From positions 13,700,352 to 13,764,351 of the forward strand of contig NC_092678.1 in the NCBI RefSeq assembly GCF_964355755.1: a stretch of 64,000 nucleotides of DNA. Reading direction: 5' to 3'. Below are positions 13,061 through 25,400 of the stretch, piece by piece. Position numbers and translations under genes: made by a program. Numbering within the stretch: the stretch's first letter is position 1; each line of letters begins with the position of its first letter. This DNA comes from Antedon mediterranea (taxonomy: Eukaryota > Animalia > Echinodermata). Under the pieces are notes generated by a model, which was not told the DNA's origin, did no database searches, and worked only from the letters and a program-made list of their open reading frames with translations.

Positions 13061-13749
13061 ATATTAACTTTATTTATTTCTTATTTTATTTCTTTATTCG
13101 AATTCATAAAATAACACAACATAAAAAAAAATACAAAGAATGAATTCAGGGTAACACAAAAAAGTAACCAAAGGTCAAACTTATTTCCATTGTGGCCCTT
13201 ACAATAAATAAATTACATAATAAACTATAAAAACAAATACTATTCTACCACTCCTTGGTTGTAATACAATGATCGAGCTGGACCTCAAATATTTACACAT
13301 TGTTTACGCAATCGTTAATGGTTTCTTGGCGTTGCTGAGACAGATAGATGTGAAGTTTTTGCGAAGCCAAGCTGGTCATGTGCGGCCGGGCCCGTGTAAA
13401 AATTGGAAAAGTTATGGGTTTTGATGCTTCAACTTCAATTTATGAAGCATATGATCCGTCAGTTTTTTAACGATCGTAATGTTGAAGTTGAACTCAGATT
13501 TATACGATTTTTAATGTTGATTTGTACACCCTTTTCCTGTAAAAGCGTTGACAAAATCGTATGTAAATGGATACATAACATATATGTATATATATAAATC
13601 CGCCCCCTCACCCATTCATTAGTTTTTCCCTCTGTCCATCTAACTCTTAGAATTGTCCAACACAGTCTCATCTCAAATAAGACATATTAATTTGGCAGCT
13701 GTAACTGGAGGTTTTATGACTTATCCGATACAGCTACTGTATAACCCAT

Positions 13750-15900
13750 CACATGTTTGAGAGGATGGTGTGGATATCTGCTTGGGCTAGTGGTTGTAGG
13801 CTATCAAATTGACCAGAATTGTAAACGACATTATTAAAGTATTTTAATTATATCTGGGAAGGGGATGGGAGTTTGGGGTGGGGCTGTAGGGTTAGGCAAT
13901 ATGACACCTATTCATTTACATAGTTTGCAAATGCATCACCCTCTTATTAAGACGAAGAAGAATTAAAATGTTTGGTATCAAATGACCACAATTGTACCTG
14001 GAAAGTTCTAAACTATATTTCAACATCATCCGCCATCTTGGATTCAAGTGGGAGAGGGGGTGGGGAGAGAGGGTCAGGTGTGGGGTTGAGGGGATAGTGA
14101 GGATTTTGCTTAGGTTAGGGATAGTAGGCTATCAAACAAATTGACCAGAATTGTGGTAGAAAAATGTTAAAGTATTTTAATTATCGCTTGGAAGGGGCTG
14201 GGAGTTTGGGGTGGAGATGTAGCCTATTTCCGATGACCGAAACTGTACTGGAAATGTTTTAAACTACATTTGAAAACAGCCACTGAGGGATTATGGGTTG
14301 GGAGTGATGGCTAACATAATTTGTACTGGAACCATTTTAAACACATCACCCAGTATATGGGGTGTGTTGGGATGGAGGAGGAAATTAAGTAGCCTATATG
14401 ATTGGAATTGTACCATCAAAATTTACTACATTTGGACTGTCCTGCAGCAAAGTTAAGTTTTGTTGATTGTGGCTGGTATGGTGAGAGGAGAAAGAACGCT
14501 GGGGTACCGCAGTATAAAAATTAGATATTAGATATCAGCCAATATGACACCTATTCATTTACACACTTTACAACGTACTATAGGCCTATCATAGCTATTA
14601 TACCCCTCTCATTTTGAAGCTAAAGTTGAATTGAATTTGTCCTGTTTTTTGTTTGTTTTTGTTTTTAAAAAAGAGTGTGTGGTTTTATTGAAGAGGGGTG
14701 GAGGTTGGTGAGTATAGGGAGATACTGGCGTCAGGTGTTATGTACTGAGAAGGCTTTAAACTAATTTGAAACCCACCCTGTGTTTGTTCGGTATACACAT
14801 TTCTGTTTCTGCACATGACCCCATACATATGGGGTATCAAAATGACCGCAATTGTACTGGGGAGGTTTTAAACTACATTAAAAAAATTCCCCCGAGTCCT
14901 GGGGTTTTTGTGGGAGGGGGGTGTTTGAGAGGATGGTGGGGATTTCTGCTTGGGCTTGTGGTAGTAGGCTATCAAACTGACCAGAATTGTTTAGGAAATT
15001 TTAAAAGAATTTAATTATCTCTGAGAAGGGGGCTTGGTGTGGGGTCGTAGGCCTTTCATCATGACCGAAACTGTACTGGGAATGTAAAGCTACATTCGAA
15101 AACTGTTACTGAGGGGTTATGGGTTAATGACTTAACACAATTTGTACTGGAAAAGTCTTAAACACATCACCCAGTATGGGGTGTGTTGGGAAGGGGAAAG
15201 GCGGAGATACTGGCATTTGGGGGTAATGTAGTACGACATAATTGGAATTGTACTGGGAAAAGTTACTACATTTGAACTGTCCTACGGAGGAGTTAAGGTT
15301 TGTTGATTGAGGTGGGATGGAGAGAGGAAAAAGATGGGTGCAGAACAATTATTATACACATTTGCGGGAAAAAAGTATAGGAAAATTTGTTTTCCCTGGT
15401 TTTTCTCAATCACCTATATATAGGTATTTGTGTGTGTTAATAGGCATTTGTGTGTGTTAATAGGCATTTGTGTGTGTTATATAGGCCAAAATTTAAAAGT
15501 TCTGTAAAAAATTTTCCCCAAGACCCTGGGATGGGGATTTTTTTTCTGACATTCTATATGGTATAGGCCTACTCTATCAGAAAAAAAAAATTTCCTATAC
15601 TTTTTCCCGCAAAATTTGTACTGCACCCAGGCTAAGAAGGTTATTGAAGAGGTAATTCAGCGGTATCAAAATTAGATATTTTAATCATTACCCAATATGA
15701 CACGTATTCATTTACACAGTTTGCAAAGTACTTAAACCATCATGCCTATCAGCTATGTATCTCCCTCTTATTAGGAAGCTAAAGTTCTTGAAGTAATATT
15801 TGTACTGGGAAGAATTTATTTTTAACAAATCACCCGAGTGTTGGGTGTGATTGAGTTGGTGAGTATAGGGAGATACTTGCGTCCAGGGGGTTATGAGGTA
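13750..15900 (+). repeat. Degenerate G-rich complex tandem repeat
   Basis: Recurring blocks gtaggctatcaaattgaccagaattgt, atgaccgaaactgtactgg, aacacatcacccagta and ccaatatgacacctattcatttaca. Confidence 0.7.
15337..15628. mobile_element. Small MITE-like foldback insertion
   Basis: gggtgcagaacaat...tttgcgggaaaaaagtataggaaa is inverted as tttcctatactttttcccgcaaaatttgtactgcaccc. Internal 20-bp triplication. No TSD seen. Confidence 0.55.
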
Positions 15901-16149
15901 CATCTAATTAAACGGAATTTCATTGAGATGGTTTTATACTAAATTGGAATCCCGCCCTGGGCGGGTATAATTGCTAATACTTAATATATGAAAGCGACAG
16001 AACAATAGTTATATATTCGACTGTTCTATTTATCTGTAATTATTGCTTTTGGTATCTCAATAAGAATGTTCTTCTATGCCTGCATGTGTTCAATAATGTG
16101 TTCCTTTGATTAAGAGAGCAAATATCAGGCTTATATATAATGAAATATT

Positions 16150-16975
16150 TCTTTTGGAATAGGCTTACATTTGGCTAATACCCGCCATGTACTATTTGTT
16201 ATACTTTTCATTACGGAATGAGCTTATATGCCCCATGTATATACACTCAAAAGTATTTTCTGTCAGTCCAACATATGTTTCAACTTTGTTAAGTGTCGTT
16301 TCTTCTGACAGTGGCCTGGTATACTACACCACTTTTTAAGCATTTCCCATCTATATGCCTTTACAGTTCTTAGAAATTCATGGCCAATTCTAGTTTTAAC
16401 ATTATTACTATATGGAGGATTAAACCAGGGAGTTGTTATTATAATAACAACTCCCTGATTAAACCATATAATGTTCCGGTGTCTGTTTCTCTTCTTGTTT
16501 TCTCGCGTGTTGTTAGTGTTTGGGCTAGATGTTAGTTTGTAGTCAGCTTTCATTTAAGGCTTCCTGGTAAGGTTTCTTTGTGCTTTTAAAGACCTCTTCG
16601 TTAGATGTTTTTAAATATGGAAGGCAGATGGTTACTCTTACAGTGGGCATAGCAGGGTTTGATATTTTCTTTCAGGAAAAGTCTGTAGGTTCTGTCATTC
16701 AAGTTGAGTGTAACATCTAGATAGTTACTTATCTTCTTGTTTGCCTCGATGGTGATTTTCAAATTGTATTCTTTGAATGTGTTACAAGTCCATCATCTCT
16801 GTAGAGTCCTATGTTATTACCATATTTCGTCTTAAGTTTGGCTAGTATGAATAAACCAATTAATTTGCATGTTTCTGCTCCATCAAAGTAACCCATAGTA
16901 ACATCAAACACGGTCTGGGTGTTTCTTTTGCACCAAACTGACTCATCGTTAATTAATAGCATTTCTCTGCTTTAA
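16150..16975 (-). mobile_element. Penelope-like retroelement fragment (RT to GIY-YIG), degraded
   Basis: FDVTMGYFDGAETCKLIGL...GLYRDDGL, then WFNPPYSNNVKTRIG, then GVVY/YVG-like nuclease remnants. Stops and deletions. Confidence 0.85.
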
Positions 16976-17419
16976 AGGAGAACCAATAAATAAATAAAAT
17001 ATACAATAAAATAACTTATAAATTATTGTTTTCTCATTTAGATCTTTCAAAAAGCTGAGCGTTTGGTGTGGACAAAAATATGTATACAGATGGCTATCCA
17101 GCAGTAACCTGTAGCAACGTCAACATAGCAATCCCGCAGACTAATTTCTCGCGTATTTAGGCGAGATTTAGAGAAATTAGAAAAGATATATATATTTATA
17201 TACATAAAACAGCAATGTGAAAAATAATATTAATTACATTTATGGCGATATAAATGGCGAATGTAAAAAAAACAGTATGTTAAGGCAAAATAAAAAACAT
17301 ATATGTTGACAAAACAAATTTTAATTCACGATTAATATATGACCTTAATGTTTTATTTGATTGGTGCTTAATCCTAAAAAGCCATGCATTGCAGGTCTGC
17401 TTTGCAAAAAAACACACCA

Positions 17420-18881
17420 TCTATATATAAATTTTCGTAAGGGCAAAATTCGATAAATCGCAGTTTATTTCTAGAATTTTTACTCGATGGTATATAAAGT
17501 TGGTTCGTACTTTCGGTACTGATTTTAACCATCTGATGTAACCATGTTTACTAATTAAATTGAGTTAGATAATTAGTTATTGACAATTAAAACGAATTTA
17601 GGTTCAACGATTTGCCCCAAATAGGGGTGTTTCGTGGTCGTGGTATACACTGTCTAATAGATGTCCAACTTGAAAAATACCCGCAGACAATAATGCGAGG
17701 ATGCTTCGCATTTTCCTATCTCCTCCTACGATAATTGTTTTTAATAGCTGGAAACCGGTTGAACAGCTCGAGTACAGCATCATAATGTTGAAGACAGGCC
17801 GATTTTCTTTAAAAAATACTATTTTGATAGATTTAATAAACGTTTATACAAATGTTTTGAACTGCGATAAATGGAACATTCCAATCTCTGTTCCACAAGT
17901 GTCTATTCCCTCAGGCGTCGTAAAGACAAGTACTGTAAAGTCATAATAGAAATTCGATACATTTTTTTCCAATCTGTGGAATCCTTTTTTTTAACGCATA
18001 ATGAGCTAGCCTTTCCAGTCGCCGTCTATTATGTACAATCAACTTTATTATTGCAGCTAAACCACCACCAACACCACCACCCTCCCCTCACTGGCATGAG
18101 TAGCGTTGTAAAGCCAGTAGAGGACAGGCCTACAGTACGAATGATCAGTACATGCCCTAAACGCAGAACAACTTTGGTGGTTAGGAAACAACTTAATTTT
18201 CAATACAAGTTGGGTAGTGGGTAGCATAATTGGCTCTATGAGACACTTGACCATTAGCCCTACTAATTAAGTTGAGTTAGATAATTATTTATTGACGATT
18301 AAAGCGAATTTACGATTTGCCCCGAATAGAGGTGTTTAATATATTACTGACAGTTCCTTCTGAACGTTTGTAATCATGTAACTTCAACAAAAATATAAAC
18401 GTCGTATTAGTGATTTATCGTTACATGAACTGTACTATTTCAATCGACTATGACGGTGACAGTTTCAACAAAGTATTAAATCGCAATGTTTTACTGTGTT
18501 TACTGGTATATTATTTGTAAAACATGAAAACAATTCATATTTCGTTACTAAATCGATAAAGAATATATTTAAAAATTGTTCGTCTTTGCATCCATCCTCT
18601 TCCCCATCCTTCAACCCAAATGTTACATACAAAACACAAATTCAGTTTGTTTCTTATTTTGTGACAAACTTCTTTTTCGGAAGTAATTCGCGGGGTGCTA
18701 ATTTTAGTTGAGTACATAAATCACCGTGTCTATTTATTCGTTCCTATAAACAACATGTATTATTGTCCTGCATGTGCATTTGAAGTCGCCAGTTTTTTAA
18801 ACGCTGAAATTACTATTTATTCGAGAACCATCTGTGGGCACGACCTAGATGGTACGCGAGCGAAGCGAGCGTACCATCTAG
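17420..18881 (+). mobile_element. Non-autonomous Helitron, full-length copy 1
   Basis: A|TC 5' end (TCTATATATAAA), 3' hairpin ctagatggtacgc...gcgtaccatCTAG|T and no TSD. Homologous to 39615-41084. Confidence 0.85.
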
Positions 18882-19059
18882 TAAATACAATTTTGCTTTG
18901 ATGATAAACCAATTACTATTGTTTAGACTGTATTTTTTGGTGTTACCCTTCAGAATAATCTCAGTCATAACATTGTAGAAAACTGTTTGTATTGTGAACC
19001 CTTAAACAATCTGGGCTTCACAAAACAACCGTCCACAAAGGATATATAAGAAGATGCAG

Positions 19060-19340
19060 ATGTTGTGTGGCACTCAGGTCTAAGTAATACTATTGAAACT
19101 ATACAGAAAAGGGTATGTTGTATTATCCTTGGAATTTAAATTAGTCCTAGAAATCCAATCTGCTCTCGAAGGGTTTGTTTGATAACTAAGCCTCATTCTT
19201 TTGAACTTGTACCTCCCGCTCGTTACCAAAAACATAATAGACAAAACCTAATTGTAATAAAATCACTCAATTTATACAAAACCTGATTCTTTAATAGCCC
19301 AATTCTATATTATATTCAATTACTTAATGACTCATGAATT
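19060..19340 (+). mobile_element. CR1/L2-group LINE 3' fragment
   Basis: VVWHSGLSNTIETIQKRVCCIILG resembles the VWH...IExIQKRA motif that follows the RT domain. Confidence 0.6.
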
Positions 19341-19689
19341 ATATATTGTATACCTGTAGTGACTACACAGAGCAGCCACTCTTCTGATTGGTGTTCTGTT
19401 GGCCATCTCCCAAGGATAATGCCATACGCCTCTAAGTTTACTGTTTTATGTATTTCTCCTTGATTCATTGATATTTAAATTGCAATGTTTATATTGTAAT
19501 TTTTTTAATAGTAAATATTCTTATTACATTACAAGCAATTTCGCCCTTTGAGCCACCATGTGTTGTATTGTTTTATAAAATAAAGTAACAGATACATATG
19601 TATAACAACATTGTCATTTTTATATTATTTTGAAAAATGTGTTTTGTTTAGAAAATGTAATGATATAATGCGGTATATAGCTTGCTGTT

Positions 19690-20115
19690 GTTTTAACTAT
19701 TCCAAATCCACTGTAAAAATAATTACATTTAATGCAAAGACGAATTTGAAAAACAGTGCATTATGGCGAAATAATGAAATTATATTTGAAAATTATTTGC
19801 TAACAAATTTTATAAAAATATTAATTCACGACTGCTTTAATCTCATTCTTCCCTGATAGTGTAGTTAAAATTACTATCACACATGTTCTAGCTATTCCAA
19901 ATCCACTATAAAAATAATACCATTTATAATGCTATGTAAATGGCGAATGTAAAAAAAACAGACGTTAAGGCGAAATAGAAAAATTATATTTGCTAAAAAA
20001 ATCTTATAAAAATATTAATTCATGACTGCTTTAATCTCATTCTTCCCTGATAGTGTAGTTAAAACTACTATCACACATGTTCTAGCTATTCCATAAAAAT
20101 AATAGTACCATTTAT
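19690..20115 (+). repeat. ~170-bp tandem repeat array, left part
   Basis: Units ...ccatttataatgc(g)atgtaaatggcgaatgtaaaaaaaacagacgttaaggcgaaa.... A related unit lies at ~17220-17330. The array breaks off at ccatttat (20115). Confidence 0.8.
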
Positions 20116-22479
20116 CATATCAATTTTAATTATCGTTTTACATTTATTTTAGTGAAATTAAATTTTAATTCAGTGCAAACTGCAGTGCGCAATTTCACTG
20201 CAGACTTCGTACGCGAGCTGCAGCTGTTTACCATTTGATTTGGACGCTTCTATTATTGATAAGGTAGTCACATTATAGCGGTGTCATGAAAACGGTATCA
20301 GATAATTAAAACACAAGTTTAATAGTACAGTAAAGCAATTTTATTAATCCATATACTGTGCAGATGGTACATGTGTGATAACCGTTGTTACATAGTAACC
20401 CTATGTCCACTAATTGTGGACATAATGACATAGTGTATAAGTTACCAGGCGCGGTGCGCGTACACCTAATCACGCAGCGAAACCGTGCGGATCTGTCACG
20501 CTATTCAAATTTACATGGACACCCATTTGTTTTTGCATTGAAATATCATGTTTTGTTTAATAAAATAAAACAAAATTAGACTTTTCAGTTTCCTCAATAT
20601 TTTGACTTTAAAATGATATGTGATTTTAAATGTATCTTAAGATGCGATATTTGTATAGCCAATTTACAATCTGGTTGAAGACCTGCTAGTCCCTCGATGG
20701 ATACGCAATTATAATTTCCCTATCCTTTCTCTACAGGCTTCTAAAATCCTGTTCATTAAATCGATCATGTATACAAAAAAAAAGGCTTTTCCGACGTCAT
20801 TTCTCAACCAATAGAAATAAGTTTTATATCATTTTCATGAATATTTATTTAAAAATCTAATTCCACTTGAACAAGTGAAATCCACAGCTGTTCCACAGAT
20901 AGAAATAAACCGAAGCGCCCCCAACGTTAGTGGAGTAGTTATATAAACAAACAAGCAATACCTATCACACGTGTGGCAAGGAGAAGCAATCGTGCATAAA
21001 ATTAGTAAACATAAATAGCCAATGAGAACGTAATCAGAGAAGTAAATAATTGAAATCATGAATATTCATGAGGAAACAAAGCCTTATGACGCTGTGAGAT
21101 GTTTTTCACAATTAATCACATGGTTCTTCAGGGCGGGCATTTAATCATAAATTAACCCAATTTCGCACCTTATTTATGTAGCTGACGCGATTAGAAATGT
21201 AAGTAAATGTGTTTTTGTATATCTTTTTAAAACCTAATTTTCATAGAAAACCCTTAGTAATAGTTGGTAACTTAGTTATTTGTGAAGCTTGTGGTAGGGG
21301 AGATATCAAAAGGTGACGGTGAAAAAAACGAATAACAACATTTTTTAGAGAGTGGTGTATTCCGTGGCTGGCTGACTAGTATAGCCTCAGCTTCACGCGG
21401 ACGTCTCGAAACTACTGTGTCTAGAGACTTACGATTTCGCACATTGAACCTGGTCTAGGCCTAGGCCCATTCAATCATAAGAATCGTTGTGGAAATTTAA
21501 CCACAGTTGTTTAATAAATTGACTAGGGGGGGGGGGGGGGGGCTAGGCCTAGTCTAAATAGGCCCCCGGGTAGTACTACTCTACTACTGTTGTAGTAGCT
21601 GTGGCTAGGCCTAGTTTTAGTGAGTAGAGAGAATAGTTTAACTGGTCGTGGATGTAAGGGATTTTTATATTTTACAATACAATTACAAGTCACATACAAA
21701 CAATAAATTTTGATGAGATTAAATTCTAGGCCTAATTCTACTACTGGCTAAGCTTGGAGGCCTAGTTAGTAAACTACGGTAGTAGTAGTAGTAGGCTAGC
21801 CTAGTGAAACATTTATTAACCATGCAACAACAAATTTATTTACACTGTACAGTAGTAACATTATATTCACATTCCATGTACCAGTCCATATATATTCATA
21901 ATACATAATGATACAATATAACTATTTTTGTTCAGGCCTAGGCCCTAGTAGTACCGGAAAATGAAGAAATGGTATGCTATTGTTAGAAATGTGAAAAACA
22001 ATTGGTGTTTGGTAAGTCATTTTTTCTATTAAAAAACACTTTATTGTTTTACAGCACACATTAAATTTAAGTATACTAATATATAAAACCATAACCAATT
22101 CTGTCCTTTTTTTTAAATGGCTATTTAATTGCAAAAATGAAAAATATTGATTTTAATAATAATCAACAAATTGAATTGAAATTTATCAATACATTTTTTG
22201 TCTTACATCATACAGTACGGCAAACTATAAAATTGAAAATTTGGAATAAAATACTGTAGTATAATTTGTTTTTAAATGTTTTTTTTTAAATTGTTCTTCA
22301 CATTTGGGGTTTGAAACTGAACTTGTGAAAGAGGAAGTCAAATTGAATCCAACAGTACCAAGTATGATGAGCGTGTATACCAGATCATCAAATTAAAGCC
22401 CTGAGGTAAATTTTATTTTCTTGTTTAATCACATATGTATGTACAATATTTTACAAATCCCCATGTTTTCATTCTTTAT

Positions 22480-25400
22480 TCAGTCTTCTGATTTTCTGGA
22501 TTTCTTGATTGGTATTTGTACCTGCTGTATTTCTGGAGAGGTAAATGTCAGATGGGATTTCATTATAGACATTAGCTGATCAAGATTATTTCTTATACCA
22601 TGAACGGCCCTTTTCCGTCTGTTGAACTCTGAGTGGATTAATTCTCCACCTTGTTCTGCAAGTAGGCCGATGCCCACCTTCCATCGACGCATAAATGGTA
22701 CAGAGTGATGCTCCAACATGTGGAGTTTCGGCTGTACCACACCAGGGGCAATCTTTCTGTACTCTACAGAGAATGACTTTATTGCATGTTCTATATTGAA
22801 GAAATTAAAAATTATTAAGAGTTATTCTTATGTATATCTGTTATTCTTGATGGTTGCAATGCCCCTTTTCATTATTTTAAACATGATTTTGCAAAAAAAA
22901 ATTATTTTGGACTTACCATATGCATCAATTTCAGGATCATCAATGAATCGTGTATGGTTGATGCATGCATGAACTTGACTAAACAGTTTAAATGGTGGCG
23001 TAAACGACTGTCTTATCTTCGACAGTTTTGTCGCTAGAATGGTTGTGTGTTTGTCTTTGCAATGATGCATCTGTTGCTTCAATACAATTTCCAATCCATC
23101 CATTAACTTGTCTATAATGTTAAACTGAGAAAAGAATGGTATTTTTTAGTGTTGGACAATGCGTATGCAAGAGAGTTATTCATCTGTATGTCAATTTAAT
23201 TTGTAATTAGATATTTATAATTTCTTTAATTAAGAGACTTTGACCATTTTAGTACTTACTTTGCATGCTCTATACACATGATTGCCAACAAAACTTTTCC
23301 CGTGATATTGTTGTCGGGGTATTTTGTTTGCTGTTAAAATGTTGTCCATTTCTGTACATAATGGTCCGGTTGCATATTTGATTTCTTCATTCATAGTAGA
23401 TTGCTGAAACACAAATACATATTTTGCTTTTAGTGATTATTTCTAATTGAATAGTGTAGTAAACTAAACAAATAAAATTAACTAACCAAGTCTTTAACAC
23501 TCTGTTCTTTCAGATATATTTTGTTGGTGATTTCAGAAATTTCGTTAGCATCATTGTGCTTCACTAGTGACAGAGAGAGTGTATTTCTCAGTTCATCAAG
23601 CTCCTCATTTACAGAACTGATTTTTTGTGTACATGAACTTCGCTTTGATGCTGCTTGCAAAATTGTCTTCTCAAAGTCTGGCAGGTTACCACCTAATGAT
23701 ATTAAGTTAATTTATAGTGATCATGAATTGGAAATTTTTCTGGAAAAATGTAAACATTTCATTAGAAAAAAAAACTTGTTACCAATCTGAATAGCAGCAT
23801 CCTGTCTCATATTAAATATGATGAGATCTAAGTTATGAACTTCTTTTTCAAGTTGATTATACATCTTCTTAAAGAGACCTAGCGAGATATGAAGTGCTGG
23901 AATTGATACCTGGAAAATATTAATTTTGTAATACATGGAATTATATAATGGAGAATAAAGGTAATACATGTTAATGTTATGATACTAATAATAATAATAT
24001 AACTGTTTAACTTTTATGTTAAATTGTTGTTTACTACATAGTATAAAGCTTATTCCAAATTTAAATGAGAAGTTGATTTTTATTTGGATAATCATCATTC
24101 CTGATAAAGACCGAAATGTTGAATCATGACTCACTCATTATTTGGAGTAAGTTTCGTACTAGATGTTATTATAACATAATCAGTGTATTTATTGGTTTTT
24201 AGTATTAAGTATACTGTAGTTTGTAAATAGATAATGTATGTAATGCAAATTTTAATATTTTTTTTGTAACCTTTATCAATCCAAAAATGTTAATAACAAT
24301 AAGTCGACGCCTACAATAATTGTGAAGATTGTATACTCACTTTGTCTAATTCAATACCTAGCATATAGGGCCTGATGATGCTGTGCGATATTAATTTACT
24401 TTTCTTGGGGTCACTGCCATGGTCCACAAAGCACTTGAAGTCCTTATTATAGGAATTAAGGCACCTGTTTTCACTTGGCTTCTTATTAGTTATCCGCACT
24501 ATGGCGGATAACTCCTTGTAACTGTCCTGTTTCATCATCTTTTTTTTTTTTTTTTTTTCTGTATTATTCTTCTTTCTTTCTGTCATTTTTGTGCAGAGCG
24601 TATCTCTAAAACGTGTAAAGTTAACATTTTATAACTTTGTCAACATATGGGCAATCACGTGAAGTTGTGCTTTCCTATAATTGAATAACGTCAGAGTTGC
24701 GCAACATGACTTACGCGCGTTTTTATGAATTTCGCGTATTTAACATAGATCGAAAACCATATAACAATTTAAATTGAAACTTAGCAAAAGTCTAATTTAT
24801 ATCGTGCGCTAACTTTTTGTGCACTAAAAATGGCATGTTTTAGACAAAGTTACGCGCGCACGCGCGTTTAAAATTTTCCAATGCGAAAAATCAATTTCTA
24901 ATCAACTTTATACGCGTTTCATGTCATTTTGAGCATGTCAAAAATTCCCACACGTGCGCAAATTTTTACGCGCGTGGTGCACACGTAGCGTTAAAAACGT
25001 CATTTTTTCGAGTGATTTATGTTTTTCCAGCCTTTTCTAGTAATTTTACCAACTTTTAAATAATTTCAACTTCAAATTACGTCATACGAGCACGTAGAAT
25101 ATGATAATTTGCGAGCTTTTTTGATGAAAAAATTCGTCAAAATTAAGCCTTTTTTTAAACAATCGTAGTTTCTAAACTAAACGGTAAAAATTATTTTTAT
25201 TACATATTCTGGAAGTTGATGAGTTGTAGATATCAGATCATGCATTAATATGACTAACCGGACATTGTGACGTCATCGTATGGCCACGCGAATATGAAAT
25301 TTAGGATTTTTGTATCTTTCGTCATAACTCCTCACATTTAATAGAGGGCATCTCCACTTATCCGTTTTCCATTTTCACCCTGATTTTGATATTGTCTAGG

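Noticed and set aside
18695-18901. Similar short ORFs at 18695-18901 and 39530-39802
   Set aside because: The similarity comes from lying in two copies of a non-coding Helitron, and the frames diverge.
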